Source: an uncultured Elusimicrobium sp. (GTDB taxonomy: Bacteria; Elusimicrobiota; Elusimicrobia; Elusimicrobiales; Elusimicrobiaceae). From it: a stretch of 42,334 bases of DNA. Position numbers and translations under genes: made by a program. Under the pieces are notes generated by a model. That model worked only from the letters and a program-made list of their open reading frames with translations. It was not told the origin of the DNA and did no database searches. This document shows positions 18,247-27,577 of this stretch, piece after piece (position 1 is the stretch's first letter; every line of letters begins with the position of its first letter). Location: NCBI GenBank assembly GCA_902772695.1, contig CACYBL010000053.1:1-42334 (forward strand), written 5' to 3'.

Positions 18247-20475
18247 ATTAAACGTATTTCTTTTTTCACGTTATTTATCTTATTCCTTGCGGCTGGGATT
18301 GTGTTATCCGCAGGGGTGGCCTTTTATTGGCATTACGTGGGAAATTTGTTGGAGCGGGACGTAACGGCAAACATCATGTCTGCCGGAAATGAAGCCGCGG
18401 ACAGTTTTAGTCGTGCCGTAGCAGCTGATCAACGAGTGATAGATACTATTGCCATTACCGTGCAAACAAATTATCCTTGGACGAATACCGAAAAATTGGA
18501 ACGTTTTTTGCACCTGCAAGTTAAATATAACGAATTTGAGAATTTGGGTATTATTCCGTTACGTGGCAAATCTTTGCAAGCGCGCGTAACAGCCGAATCG
18601 GAGAGCTGGTTGCGCGAAATTATGATGAGAGCAATGGCGGAAGATACGTATGTTTCGTCTCGACAAGTTTCTGCCTCCAGCGGAGCTAATGTATTAGTGC
18701 AAGCAGCTTCGTTGCATGATGGTATGGAACCCATAGGCGCTTTGTTTGCGGTGGTGCCGACCGATCGTTATAAGAATCTCTTGACGCTGTCTTCCTTGGG
18801 GTCTAATGGGGCTGCGTTTGTTATTTCGCGTGATGGCCAAGTAGAGGTGGCAGGGCGTCCTCTCTCGTCAGATAACATGTTTGATGTGTTTGGGCGGGCG
18901 CAATTCCCGAAAGAAAAACCTTTTGAAACCGTACGTGAACAAATACAAAGCGGTCAGAGTACTTTCGTGCGTTATTACTTGGATGGACAACAACGGTTTT
19001 TGTATGGAGTGGCTTTGCCCGTCAATAATTGGTACTTATTGGCAGTGTTGCCCACGCACTTTATTCAGGCCCAAGCCCAACGATTAACATGGGTTTCGTT
19101 GTCATTGGTGACGGTCATTCTAATTTTATTTGGTTTACTGATGTTTTATATGTTCCGTTTGCGCGCATACAGTAACCAACAGTTATTTAATACGGCTTTT
19201 GTGGATTCGCTAACAGGCGTAGATAATTTAAATCGGATGAGTGTTCTGTTTTCTAAACGGCTACGGGAACTGAACGGGGCCGCGGCACTGGTTATTTTTG
19301 ATATTTTAAAATTCAAAGTTATTAATGATATGCTCGGTTACGAGAGGGGTAATCAGGTGTTGCAACGTGCGGCAGATGTGCTCCATGCGCATTTAGAGAA
19401 AGGAGAGTACATGTGCCGCAGTACAGCGGATAATTTTGTGTTGGTGTTGTCTTTAACGGACCGACGTACTTTACGGACCCGACTTACTAAATTAGTGGCA
19501 ACGATCCGTCGGGAATGTACAGCTATGGATTCCTGCATTATGGTGGACGGAGTGTTTGGTGTATATGAATTATTGGAGCATGTGCCGTTCTTCATTGCAT
19601 TGGATCGTGCCCGTTTGGCGCTGGAACATGCTAAGCATCTTTCCACGGGAAATATCCAATTTTATGATGAAAAAGACCGCCGTCGTATTTTGTTGGAACA
19701 ACAGCTGGAAAACTCAATGGAGCAAGCATTATCTTCCGGGGCCTTTACCTTGATGTTGCAACCCAAATTTGATTTTAATACCCGCGAAATGAAAGGAGCG
19801 GAAGCTCTGGTACGTTGGAATCAGGGAGAACGTGGCCTTGTCCGTCCGGACGATTTTATCCCGCTTTTTGAAAGAAACGGTTTTATTCTGAAGTTGGACA
19901 TGTTTATTTTGGAACAGGTGGCCAAAGTATTAAATAAATGGCGTCAAGCCGGTAAAGAACAGGTGCCGATAGCAGTGAATTTTTCCCGGTTGCATTTAAA
20001 TGATTCACGCTATATTCCGCAAATGTCCCGCACGGTGGATGCGTATGAAGTTCCGCATCATTTAATAGAAGTGGAATTAACTGAAAGCGTCATTTTGAAT
20101 AATCGTGAATTGGCCCAGAACGTAATTCGTGGTTTGCACAATAAAGGATTTTCCGTGGCTATGGATGATTTTGGCTCCGGTTATTCCTCGCTTAATGTAT
20201 TGAAAGGGTTGCAATTTGATAGTATCAAATTGGATAAGGAATTTTTAAGTGGCAGTGAACAAAACAAAACCGCCCAAAAAGTAGTGCAAGGGGCGGTAGA
20301 TATGATTAAGGCTATTGGAGCTAAAATAGTGGCTGAAGGCGTGGAAACGGCCGAACAAGCCGAGTTTTTGCGTCAAATCGGTTGCGACTTGGCACAAGGG
20401 TATTATTTCTCCCGCCCATTACCGGTAGCCGAATTTGAACAATTGCTACCGAATGTAATGGATCTGAAAAAATAA
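18247..20475 (+). CDS. Membrane c-di-GMP phosphodiesterase: TM - periplasmic Cache-like - TM - degenerate GGDEF - EAL
   Basis: EAL residues intact (EAL, AVNFS, ELTE, DDFGSGYSS, IKLDK, EGVE, QGY). GGDEF position reads TADNF. Start placed at ATT 18247 after AAGGAGG; GTG 18301 is the alternative. Confidence 0.88.
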   Translation: MKRISFFTLFILFLAAGIVLSAGVAFYWHYVGNLLERDVTANIMSAGNEAADSFSRAVAADQRVIDTIAITVQTNYPWTNTEKLERFLHLQVKYNEFENLGIIPLRGKSLQARVTAESESWLREIMMRAMAEDTYVSSRQVSASSGANVLVQAASLHDGMEPIGALFAVVPTDRYKNLLTLSSLGSNGAAFVISRDGQVEVAGRPLSSDNMFDVFGRAQFPKEKPFETVREQIQSGQSTFVRYYLDGQQRFLYGVALPVNNWYLLAVLPTHFIQAQAQRLTWVSLSLVTVILILFGLLMFYMFRLRAYSNQQLFNTAFVDSLTGVDNLNRMSVLFSKRLRELNGAAALVIFDILKFKVINDMLGYERGNQVLQRAADVLHAHLEKGEYMCRSTADNFVLVLSLTDRRTLRTRLTKLVATIRRECTAMDSCIMVDGVFGVYELLEHVPFFIALDRARLALEHAKHLSTGNIQFYDEKDRRRILLEQQLENSMEQALSSGAFTLMLQPKFDFNTREMKGAEALVRWNQGERGLVRPDDFIPLFERNGFILKLDMFILEQVAKVLNKWRQAGKEQVPIAVNFSRLHLNDSRYIPQMSRTVDAYEVPHHLIEVELTESVILNNRELAQNVIRGLHNKGFSVAMDDFGSGYSSLNVLKGLQFDSIKLDKEFLSGSEQNKTAQKVVQGAVDMIKAIGAKIVAEGVETAEQAEFLRQIGCDLAQGYYFSRPLPVAEFEQLLPNVMDLKK

Positions 20476-20504
20476 ACGCCACGCGAAAAATCGGGTGGCG
20501 TTTA
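20473..20504. terminator. Hairpin/terminator between convergent genes
   Basis: TAAACGCCAC...GTGGCGTTTA inverted repeat. Confidence 0.75.
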
Positions 20505-20520
20505 CTGAAAACGAAAAAAA

Positions 20521-21540
20521 TTAATGGGGCAATCGTCCCGCTAAAATTTCAGCTACGGGGCGGGTTTGTTTAATTTTTCCAAGAATAATTTTTAAAGAAG
20601 CCGTTAGCGGTACGGAAAGAAATGCTCCCGGCACTCCCCATACTAACGACCAGAAAATTAATGAGCCTACAACGGCTACCGGATGCAAATCCATCCCTTC
20701 TCCCAAGAAACGCGGTTCTACTAAATTGCCGATAATAAACTCTGAAGCTGCCAATAGGCCGATAATAATAAAAAAAGTAGGGCTAAAATTATATTGCAAA
20801 AACAGCACCGGCACCGGAAGTATTACCGATACAATAGATCCTACACTGGGGATAAAATTAAGTAGAAACGCAAACAAGGCAAACAACACAGCCATTTTTA
20901 CCTGGAATCCCAGCAAGATGAAAGCCACCAATAAACCAGTGATAAGGGAGGCCATCAATTTGACAGACAAATAAACAGATACGTTGGCCAACATTTCTTT
21001 AATGGTTGGGTTCGTAATAGGACGCGGTTTTTTGCTTCCCAGAAGAAAAAAGGTCATAAATAACACAATTAAAGTGATATTGGACACTACAGAAAATAAT
21101 TTCCCGCCGAAATTTTTTAACCAGTTAAATATTGGTAATTCGCGTATATAATTTTCAATGAAAGTCTGATCCAGCGTTATGCCATAGTGTTGCAGGCGGG
21201 CCACTAAATCTCCTGCGGTGGTAATTAAATTCTGTCGGTAAGTTTCTGCACCTTGTAAAAATTGTCCTACAGAAGTTACGGTAAATAAAATAACAGCCGT
21301 AAAGAAAGAGGCACCTAACACAATAGATGTCGTCAAAGCAAGCCATTGCGGAAAATGGAATTTCTGTCGCAGGTAGAGCGTTGTTTGGGCCAAAATTGTA
21401 TACAAGAAAATGGAGATGACTAAAGGGATCAGAAGAGCTTTGGTATATACCAGGAATGCTGTTACCACTCCGGCAGCGATAATCGTTAGACACAATGCCG
21501 TCGTTTTTAAGTAATAGTAGGTAGATTTATCAGGCAGCAT
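20521..21540 (-). CDS. AI-2E (PerM/TqsA) family transporter
   Basis: Multi-TM with LNFIPSVG, GNLVEPRFLG-xxx-DLHP and WGVPGAFLSVPLT. Probable start is ATG 21540 after AAGGA. Confidence 0.9.
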   Translation of the reverse strand: MLPDKSTYYYLKTTALCLTIIAAGVVTAFLVYTKALLIPLVISIFLYTILAQTTLYLRQKFHFPQWLALTTSIVLGASFFTAVILFTVTSVGQFLQGAETYRQNLITTAGDLVARLQHYGITLDQTFIENYIRELPIFNWLKNFGGKLFSVVSNITLIVLFMTFFLLGSKKPRPITNPTIKEMLANVSVYLSVKLMASLITGLLVAFILLGFQVKMAVLFALFAFLLNFIPSVGSIVSVILPVPVLFLQYNFSPTFFIIIGLLAASEFIIGNLVEPRFLGEGMDLHPVAVVGSLIFWSLVWGVPGAFLSVPLTASLKIILGKIKQTRPVAEILAGRLPH

Positions 21541-22066
21541 AATTATTCCTTTTTTGTTCCGTATATTTGGCAATCTCTCGTGCTAAAAAGAGGATTTTTC
21601 CGGTTAAACTAGACACGTCACTTTGGCATGCTGTTAGCAACCATACATTTAGTTTGGTAGCGGTAAATCCTTTGTATGCATGTCCAAACGTATCATAAGC
21701 TGTGATTAATTCATCACAAGCTCGGGAGAGTGTTTTGGCCCGGCTGTTTAATCCTTTAGCAGGTAAAATTAAATCGGCAGTCCAATCGGAGGGTTTACAA
21801 GTGCGCACCCGCGTGCGGATTGCTACCCAAGTAGTTTCCTGTGCATCCAAAATTTGGCGAAAATTCAGGCAATACGCATTAAAATCCTCAGCAAAAGAAA
21901 TATCGCGCACATCAATATTTTTGTGCAATTGTTGAATGATCTGTTCTAACCGGCGGGTCAGATCTTGCAACTCCCGGGTGGCGGCTTGCAGTTGGGTGCG
22001 TAACGAATCACAATTTTGCGAAATATAATCCAACAAATCGTCGATGTTTAAATGTGTTATATTCAT
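21530..22066 (-). CDS. Hypothetical helical/coiled-coil protein
   Basis: 178-aa ORF overlapping both neighbours (ATGA with the kinase gene; 11-nt overlap with AI-2E). Confidence 0.75.
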   Translation of the reverse strand: MNITHLNIDDLLDYISQNCDSLRTQLQAATRELQDLTRRLEQIIQQLHKNIDVRDISFAEDFNAYCLNFRQILDAQETTWVAIRTRVRTCKPSDWTADLILPAKGLNSRAKTLSRACDELITAYDTFGHAYKGFTATKLNVWLLTACQSDVSSLTGKILFLAREIAKYTEQKRNNYAA

Positions 22067-22812
22067 AAAATTGGCAGATTCACCGTAAAAATGGAACCGA
22101 GGCCTCTATCGGAGACTACGTTAATGGCTCCGTTATGTAAGTCCAGTATTCGTTTTACCATGGTCAGTCCTAATCCCCAACCGGTTACTTGGCCTGTTTG
22201 GTCATCATCTACTTGGTAAAACGGTTCAAAAATTCGGCTCACGTCTTGAGGACGTATACCCACTCCATAGTCCCTCACAGACAATGAAATACAGTCGCCG
22301 TGATTTATCCCTTGTACCTTAATCACTTTTTCAGCTTTTATATTAAACTTAACGGCATTGGTCAACAATTCTTCTACGCATAAACGCAAGAGATCTTCAT
22401 CAGCTGTAAGAGAAAGTTTGTCCGGACAATCCGTTTCCACAAAAGTGCCTTTGCGCACAACGGTACTTTCCGGCCCCCCCTGGCGCGCCGAAGACAGGCT
22501 CTCTTCTAAGGCCAAAACCCGTGCAGCACTCTGTTTGATAAGTGGTTTTAAGAAAAACTGTTTTTTTTGCATGGTTTGTGCGGAAGCGGCCCACACTTTA
22601 TTAAAAGCGGCCAACTTATCTATTAAATGAGATATGTGTGCCCCTTGTACGCCGATTTCTTCCAAAGCTTTAACGGAAAAGGGAGATAATGAATTTTTAT
22701 TCTGAGTCTGCAACGCCTCACAGTATCCGTTAATGATGGATAACGGTGTACGCAATTTGTGTGCAATCATTGTTAAAGCTTGCGTATTGATGTTTAGATC
22801 AGATTTTTTCAT
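22063..22812 (-). CDS. Sensorless histidine kinase-like protein (HisKA + HATPase_c only)
   Basis: H-box AHKLRTPL near the N-terminus, N-box LTNAVKF, G1 DYGVGI, F-box IFEPF, G2 GWGLGL. Confidence 0.9.
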   Translation of the reverse strand: MKKSDLNINTQALTMIAHKLRTPLSIINGYCEALQTQNKNSLSPFSVKALEEIGVQGAHISHLIDKLAAFNKVWAASAQTMQKKQFFLKPLIKQSAARVLALEESLSSARQGGPESTVVRKGTFVETDCPDKLSLTADEDLLRLCVEELLTNAVKFNIKAEKVIKVQGINHGDCISLSVRDYGVGIRPQDVSRIFEPFYQVDDDQTGQVTGWGLGLTMVKRILDLHNGAINVVSDRGLGSIFTVNLPIL

Positions 22813-22824
22813 ATTAACGTATCT

Positions 22825-23700
22825 CTAAAAAAAGGTTTGTAACTGGATGCGGAAAATATCCCGTCTGTTTTTATTATGAACAGTACGAACATGGTTGTAG
22901 GCCAAATCAACAGCTACCCGTTGAAAGAGGTAGAATGAATTTCCTACTATCACGGAATGTTCCGGATCCGTGGTGTGATATTCTCCGTAACGATATCCTA
23001 CGTAGATGGAGGAATTATTTTCTGCCCACATCCGGGTAATTTTTCCGGCTAAAGTGTATTCGGGGAGTTCATGCATAATATCCAATGTTTGGGTGTCTGC
23101 CAATTCTTGCTGGTCCATGATACTATGTAATCCCGTTACTCCGCTTATTCCGTCGGGATAGTGGAAAACCGTACCGAAAGCGTCAAAACCAAATGCATTG
23201 AACATGGTATGAGAAAAACCTAGTTGATAAGCTGCTTGGGAATAGTATCTGTTTTCCGCTGTAGCGTCTTCATAAAAAACAGTGCCTTTTTGTCTGGCGA
23301 ACGAAGCCGACAAAAAGGCTTGCGTATAAATATCGTTTACTTCATCTTGGCGTAAATCCAAACGCATCTGCCCGTTTACACCGAAGGCGGACGTGTCCTG
23401 TAATCCCGGTTGGTAACTTTTATTTTTGAAATAGTAAAATGGGCGGATCGTAGTATACATCATATCCCACTCTAAAGAAAATGGTACTGCTACGGCGTAA
23501 ATGTGGTCTTTAAATGTATGTTCTTTGGCCCATTTTGCTTCCACCCCAACCAACGTATTGAGCGTGGGGGATAAAAACGCACTGGCCCGGACTTGGTCAA
23601 AATGAGATGCTCCCGTATAGGAGGAAGAAACGTCAACGGTGCGGGCGGAAGTTGAAACAGCCGCACAACTTACAAGTAAAAAGAAAATAATTTTTTTCAT
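22825..23700 (-). CDS. Putative outer-membrane beta-barrel protein
   Basis: Signal peptide, alternating aromatic/hydrophobic strands, C-terminal Phe (IQLQTFF). Confidence 0.65.
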   Translation of the reverse strand: MKKIIFFLLVSCAAVSTSARTVDVSSSYTGASHFDQVRASAFLSPTLNTLVGVEAKWAKEHTFKDHIYAVAVPFSLEWDMMYTTIRPFYYFKNKSYQPGLQDTSAFGVNGQMRLDLRQDEVNDIYTQAFLSASFARQKGTVFYEDATAENRYYSQAAYQLGFSHTMFNAFGFDAFGTVFHYPDGISGVTGLHSIMDQQELADTQTLDIMHELPEYTLAGKITRMWAENNSSIYVGYRYGEYHTTDPEHSVIVGNSFYLFQRVAVDLAYNHVRTVHNKNRRDIFRIQLQTFF

Positions 23701-23785
23701 ATACTCTTATTTAACAAAATTTTGTACCATTTTGACCACGAAACTTTCTGTGGCGGAAAGATGGATATTTGCTAAAATAAGAAAG

Positions 23786-25039
23786 ATGAGAAAGATCTGG
23801 TTTTTACTCTGTTTTTTAAATTTATTTACCATAGGGTTCGCCGCACAGCTTGTGCGAGGGCCTTATTTGGAAGACCCCACTCAAACAACGTTGGTCCTGC
23901 GTTGGCAGACGGATGTGTCTACTCCGTCATGGTTAGAGTATGGTCCTGCTCCGCGTTGTAATCAAATCATGACCATTTCTCCCGAAGCTACCAGACATAA
24001 AGTGGTTTTGTACGGGTTGGTTCCCAATCAGGATTTTTGTTATAAGTTATACGTCTATAATCAAGCCAAAGATGGTTCCCAAGAGCCTGTTACGGGTACG
24101 TTCCGCACTTTGTTCTCTGCGGAGCGGAAAATTGTTAAGTTTTTGGCGTTGGGTGCTACCGCTTCTGGTGCCTCTGCAGAGGTCGCCACTCCTTCGGAAG
24201 AAATGCCTGGATTGGGAGTAGCGCAACCGGTCGTAACTGATTCGTCGGAAGAGGATCAAGCCCGTGAAAATATTGCTACGCTTATGGCTGCTGAAGAAGG
24301 AGATTTTCTTATTCATACCGGCAACCTTACGCACAGTGGTTTGAACGCAGATGCCAATGCAGAGTTTTTTACTCCGTTTAAGCAAGTGCTACACAAAATG
24401 CCGCTTTTTATAGCGGTGGGGCCTAATGAATACGGACCTAACCGGACGGAGCGGGACAGCAAATCCTTCTTTGCTACGCATTACCGCCCATTCCATAATA
24501 TGTCGTGGAGTAATGCCACCCCTAAATATTATTCATTTGATTCTGCCAATGCCCGTTTTATTTTCCTGGATACCAACGCGGCGGAGGGAGCTGTGTGGGC
24601 TCCCGAATTGACGGAGAAATCCGCTCAAATTACCTGGTTAAAAAGCACATTAGCCGGGGCGGGAGAGAAATGGAAAATTGTAGTGATGGGGGCCCCGGCA
24701 TATTCATCCGGGGCACGAGGTGCTAACAACGAGATTTTTGATAGTTTAGTCAAAATTTTTGAAGATTACCGGGTTAATTTAGTAATTCAGGGGGGTGACC
24801 TAAATTACGAACGGACGTTTCCTATGTTCCGGGATGAACCCAAACCGCGCGGGGTAACATATATGACATTGGGCACTTCAGCTGCTCATCCGACCAAGCG
24901 CGAAAATCCACATCCGTCAACGGCCCGGTTTGTATCAGCACGCCATTATGCGGCCGTCAAAATTGTGGACCGCAAGCTATCCGCTAAAGTGTATAGTGAC
25001 AAAGGCAAACTGCTGGATAGTTTTGATTTGTATTTGTAG
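23786..25039 (+). CDS. Secreted purple-acid-phosphatase-like protein (FN3 + metallophosphoesterase fold), metal ligands degenerate
   Basis: Signal peptide MRKIWFLL; RGPYL...WQT...YG...H-x-V-x-L-x-GL-x-P FN3 pattern; YYSFD-xx-NARFIFLDTN, Q-xx-WL, YER. The ORF-track start at 23639 overlaps the divergent gene. Confidence 0.82.
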   Translation: MRKIWFLLCFLNLFTIGFAAQLVRGPYLEDPTQTTLVLRWQTDVSTPSWLEYGPAPRCNQIMTISPEATRHKVVLYGLVPNQDFCYKLYVYNQAKDGSQEPVTGTFRTLFSAERKIVKFLALGATASGASAEVATPSEEMPGLGVAQPVVTDSSEEDQARENIATLMAAEEGDFLIHTGNLTHSGLNADANAEFFTPFKQVLHKMPLFIAVGPNEYGPNRTERDSKSFFATHYRPFHNMSWSNATPKYYSFDSANARFIFLDTNAAEGAVWAPELTEKSAQITWLKSTLAGAGEKWKIVVMGAPAYSSGARGANNEIFDSLVKIFEDYRVNLVIQGGDLNYERTFPMFRDEPKPRGVTYMTLGTSAAHPTKRENPHPSTARFVSARHYAAVKIVDRKLSAKVYSDKGKLLDSFDLYL

Positions 25040-25110
25040 GAAAAAATTGTTAGAATTACTTGGACGCACGAAAACGATCAATAGTATATTTAGTACAGGA
25101 GAATACATAT

Positions 25111-25623
25111 ATGCAGAAGAAAGGATTCACACTTATAGAGTTGTTAGTCGTAGTGTTGATTATCGGCATTTTAGCAAGCGTTGCCTTGCCACAATACGAA
25201 AAAGCTGTGCGTAAAGCCCGGTTCACGAAATATCTTGCGTTGGCAAAAGAAATACAGACCGAAGAGCATGCTTGTATTATGGCGAAGGGTGAATTTTGCA
25301 CATGGGATGATCTGAGTGCTGATATTAAAGATAAAAATGGCACCGCTATCGACTCTTCTAATTCTAGCGGAACGTTGGATTCTCATACAGACTTCAATCT
25401 GAGTATTGACGGCCAAAACTATTGGGAATTTTTTATCCGTATGGATTATGGTGAGAAATATCATGCGGAAATTGTTGTTACAGCTAACGGAAGACTCCAA
25501 TACCGTGGGAATGCAAATCATCCCGACGGTATTAAACTCCTTACTCAGTTTGCCGGTCGTGCTCCGGATGAAATAAAAAACGAATGGCAATATTGGAATA
25601 TTGTTTACAAAATTGTAGATTAA
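25111..25623 (+). CDS. Type IV prepilin (PilE-like)
   Basis: MQKKG|FTLIELLVVVLIIGILASVALPQY class III signal with Glu+5. SD AGGAG before ATG 25111. Confidence 0.92.
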   Translation: MQKKGFTLIELLVVVLIIGILASVALPQYEKAVRKARFTKYLALAKEIQTEEHACIMAKGEFCTWDDLSADIKDKNGTAIDSSNSSGTLDSHTDFNLSIDGQNYWEFFIRMDYGEKYHAEIVVTANGRLQYRGNANHPDGIKLLTQFAGRAPDEIKNEWQYWNIVYKIVD

Positions 25624-25647
25624 TAACAATCCCTTGAGAAGTTTATG

Positions 25648-25682
25648 TAAAACTCCCCGGATGAAATATCCGGGGAGTTTTA
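25648..25682. terminator. Bidirectional intrinsic terminator
   Basis: TAAAACTCCCCGGAT-GAAAT-ATCCGGGGAGTTTTA. Confidence 0.88.
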
Positions 25683-25705
25683 TTTAGAACAAACGGTAGG
25701 GAAGA

Positions 25706-26452
25706 CTACTTTTGTATTTTCGCCATCATGTCGTACATAATAATGCTGGCGGCAGCCGCTGCATTAAGACTCTCTACGCCGCCTTTTTGCGGAATAGAAA
25801 TAATCTCATCACAGTTTTCGGCTGTTTTCTCCCGGATGCCGAATCCTTCCGAGCCAATGACTAATACGGCCGGAGAAGCATAATCCATTTTTGTAATGGG
25901 TTTACCGGCCATGTCAGCTCCGTAAATCCAAAATCCTTCTTCTTTTAAATCATTTAAAGCGGCGGATAAATTGGCCACTTCTACCAGGTTTATATTTTCA
26001 ATAGCTCCGCAGGCCACTTTATATACAGCCGGTGTAATGCCTACTGTTCGACGGTTGGGTAAGATAATTGTGGAAAACCCTAAACAAGCTGCACTGCGGA
26101 TAATGGCTCCTAAATTCTGCGGGTCGGTCATCTCGTCTACGGCAAGCCATAAATCTTTTTTATTGCCATCTGATTCGTAAATGGCATTGGAAAGTTTCAT
26201 TAGACGAATCGGTTGGATTTTGGCCATAATCCCTTGGTGATTGGCATTGCGGGTTAGGCGGTCCAAGGTTTTATTATCTATACGGTCAATTTTCACATTT
26301 GCACGTTTAGCCAAACGAATAATTTCTTCAATAGCACGGTGTCCGGCTTTAGAATCGGAGACATACAATTGGGTCACATTGCGTTTTTTACTGCGCAAAG
26401 CTTCTTGCACGGGGTGAATCCCGTAAATAATATCTAAATTATTTTCGTTCAT
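25706..26452 (-). CDS. rlmB: 23S rRNA Gm2251 2'-O-methyltransferase (TrmH/SPOUT family)
   Basis: YGIHPV-x-EAL, NHQG, DPQNLGAIIRSA, GSEG-x-G, IP-xx-G-x-VESLN. Confidence 0.9.
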   Translation of the reverse strand: MNENNLDIIYGIHPVQEALRSKKRNVTQLYVSDSKAGHRAIEEIIRLAKRANVKIDRIDNKTLDRLTRNANHQGIMAKIQPIRLMKLSNAIYESDGNKKDLWLAVDEMTDPQNLGAIIRSAACLGFSTIILPNRRTVGITPAVYKVACGAIENINLVEVANLSAALNDLKEEGFWIYGADMAGKPITKMDYASPAVLVIGSEGFGIREKTAENCDEIISIPQKGGVESLNAAAAASIIMYDMMAKIQK

Positions 26453-26464
26453 GTTAGGTACCTC

Positions 26465-27565
26465 TTAACCGATTTCACGCGAACCGAAACTCATTCCCAC
26501 TTCCAGTGCGGCACGCACTTCCGCTCCATGAGGGTTTACGCGCTTGAGATTAGAAATGGCATCTGCTATTTTCACTTCACTCATTGCAAAAGAGCGAAAA
26601 GCAGCCATATAACCGAATTTTCCCTCTAATACCATATCCAGGGCCTTTGTTCCGTATAAAGTAGAAAGCCAGCGGTCAAATGCGGTTGGGGTGCCGCCGC
26701 GTTGAGTGTGCCCTAATACGCAGGCCCGGGATTCTATGCCGGTTTTTTCTTCTATCATATTGCTTATCTTATTGGCTATACCTCCCAGACGTATAGCATC
26801 GGTACTGCCGGCTACGGTGCGTGCCACTGAGGTTTCCCCTTGTTCATTTTGGGCTCCCTCTGCGGCTACCACAATACTGAAAGTTTTTCCTTTACTCTTG
26901 CGGTTCAGAATATACTTGACGATAACTTCATCATTATAGGGGATTTCCGGAATGAGTACGATATCGCCTCCGCCGGCAATGGCTGAACGCAAGGCAATCC
27001 AACCGGCATAACGTCCCATGGTTTCTACAATCATTACCCGGTGGTGGCTTTGTGCCGTGGTATGTAATCGGTCAATGGCTTCGGTAGCGATATGTAATGC
27101 AGAGTCAAACCCGAAAGTTTGGTCAGTGGCAGAAAGGTCGTTATCAATGGTTTTAGGAACGGCCACAATAGGCATTCCCATTTCCACAAATTTTTGAGCC
27201 ATGTGTAGAGTACCATCCCCTCCGACTGCAATAAGCGCATCCAACATGTTTTCTTTGAAATTATGCATAACAACGTCGGATAGATTCCGCGGATTCTCCG
27301 GCGTACCAAACGGAGCCAATGTGTATTTGAAAGGATTGGCAATGTTGCTTGAGCCCAAAATCGTTCCGCCAACTGTTAAAATACCGGAAACAGTTTCGTT
27401 AGTAATGCGGATAAACTCATTCCGTACAAGTCCGTCAAAACCATTTTTGAATCCAAAGACCTCAATGCCGTGGGTAAGTGCATTTTTGCTAACTGCCCGT
27501 ACGACGGCATTTAGACCCGGGCAATCGCCTCCGGCCGTTAAAATTCCAATACGTTTGATAGACAT
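26465..27565 (-). CDS. pfkA: 6-phosphofructokinase, group III type (probably ATP-dependent)
   Basis: GGDCPGLN, GGTILGS, GGDGT, PKTIDND, ETMGR, LGHTQRGG. Probable start is ATG 27565. Confidence 0.92.
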   Translation of the reverse strand: MSIKRIGILTAGGDCPGLNAVVRAVSKNALTHGIEVFGFKNGFDGLVRNEFIRITNETVSGILTVGGTILGSSNIANPFKYTLAPFGTPENPRNLSDVVMHNFKENMLDALIAVGGDGTLHMAQKFVEMGMPIVAVPKTIDNDLSATDQTFGFDSALHIATEAIDRLHTTAQSHHRVMIVETMGRYAGWIALRSAIAGGGDIVLIPEIPYNDEVIVKYILNRKSKGKTFSIVVAAEGAQNEQGETSVARTVAGSTDAIRLGGIANKISNMIEEKTGIESRACVLGHTQRGGTPTAFDRWLSTLYGTKALDMVLEGKFGYMAAFRSFAMSEVKIADAISNLKRVNPHGAEVRAALEVGMSFGSREIG

Positions 27566-27577
27566 TTGTTCCCCCAA

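Noticed and set aside
19200-19680. Degenerate GGDEF (TADNF) as a novelty
   Set aside because: Inactive GGDEF domains fused to intact EAL domains are common.
17704-20475. Stop-codon readthrough fusing the hypothetical protein to the EAL protein (same frame, one TAA)
   Set aside because: TAA is the normal stop throughout the window, and a strong SD immediately after it supports independent initiation.
23639-23785. N-terminal extension of the phosphatase-like ORF
   Set aside because: It overlaps the divergent gene start and promoter region. The signal peptide begins at ATG 23786.
26465-27565. PPi-dependent PFK
   Set aside because: It has PKTIDND, but GGDG rather than GGDD/GGED at the phosphoryl-donor determinant, which indicates ATP use.
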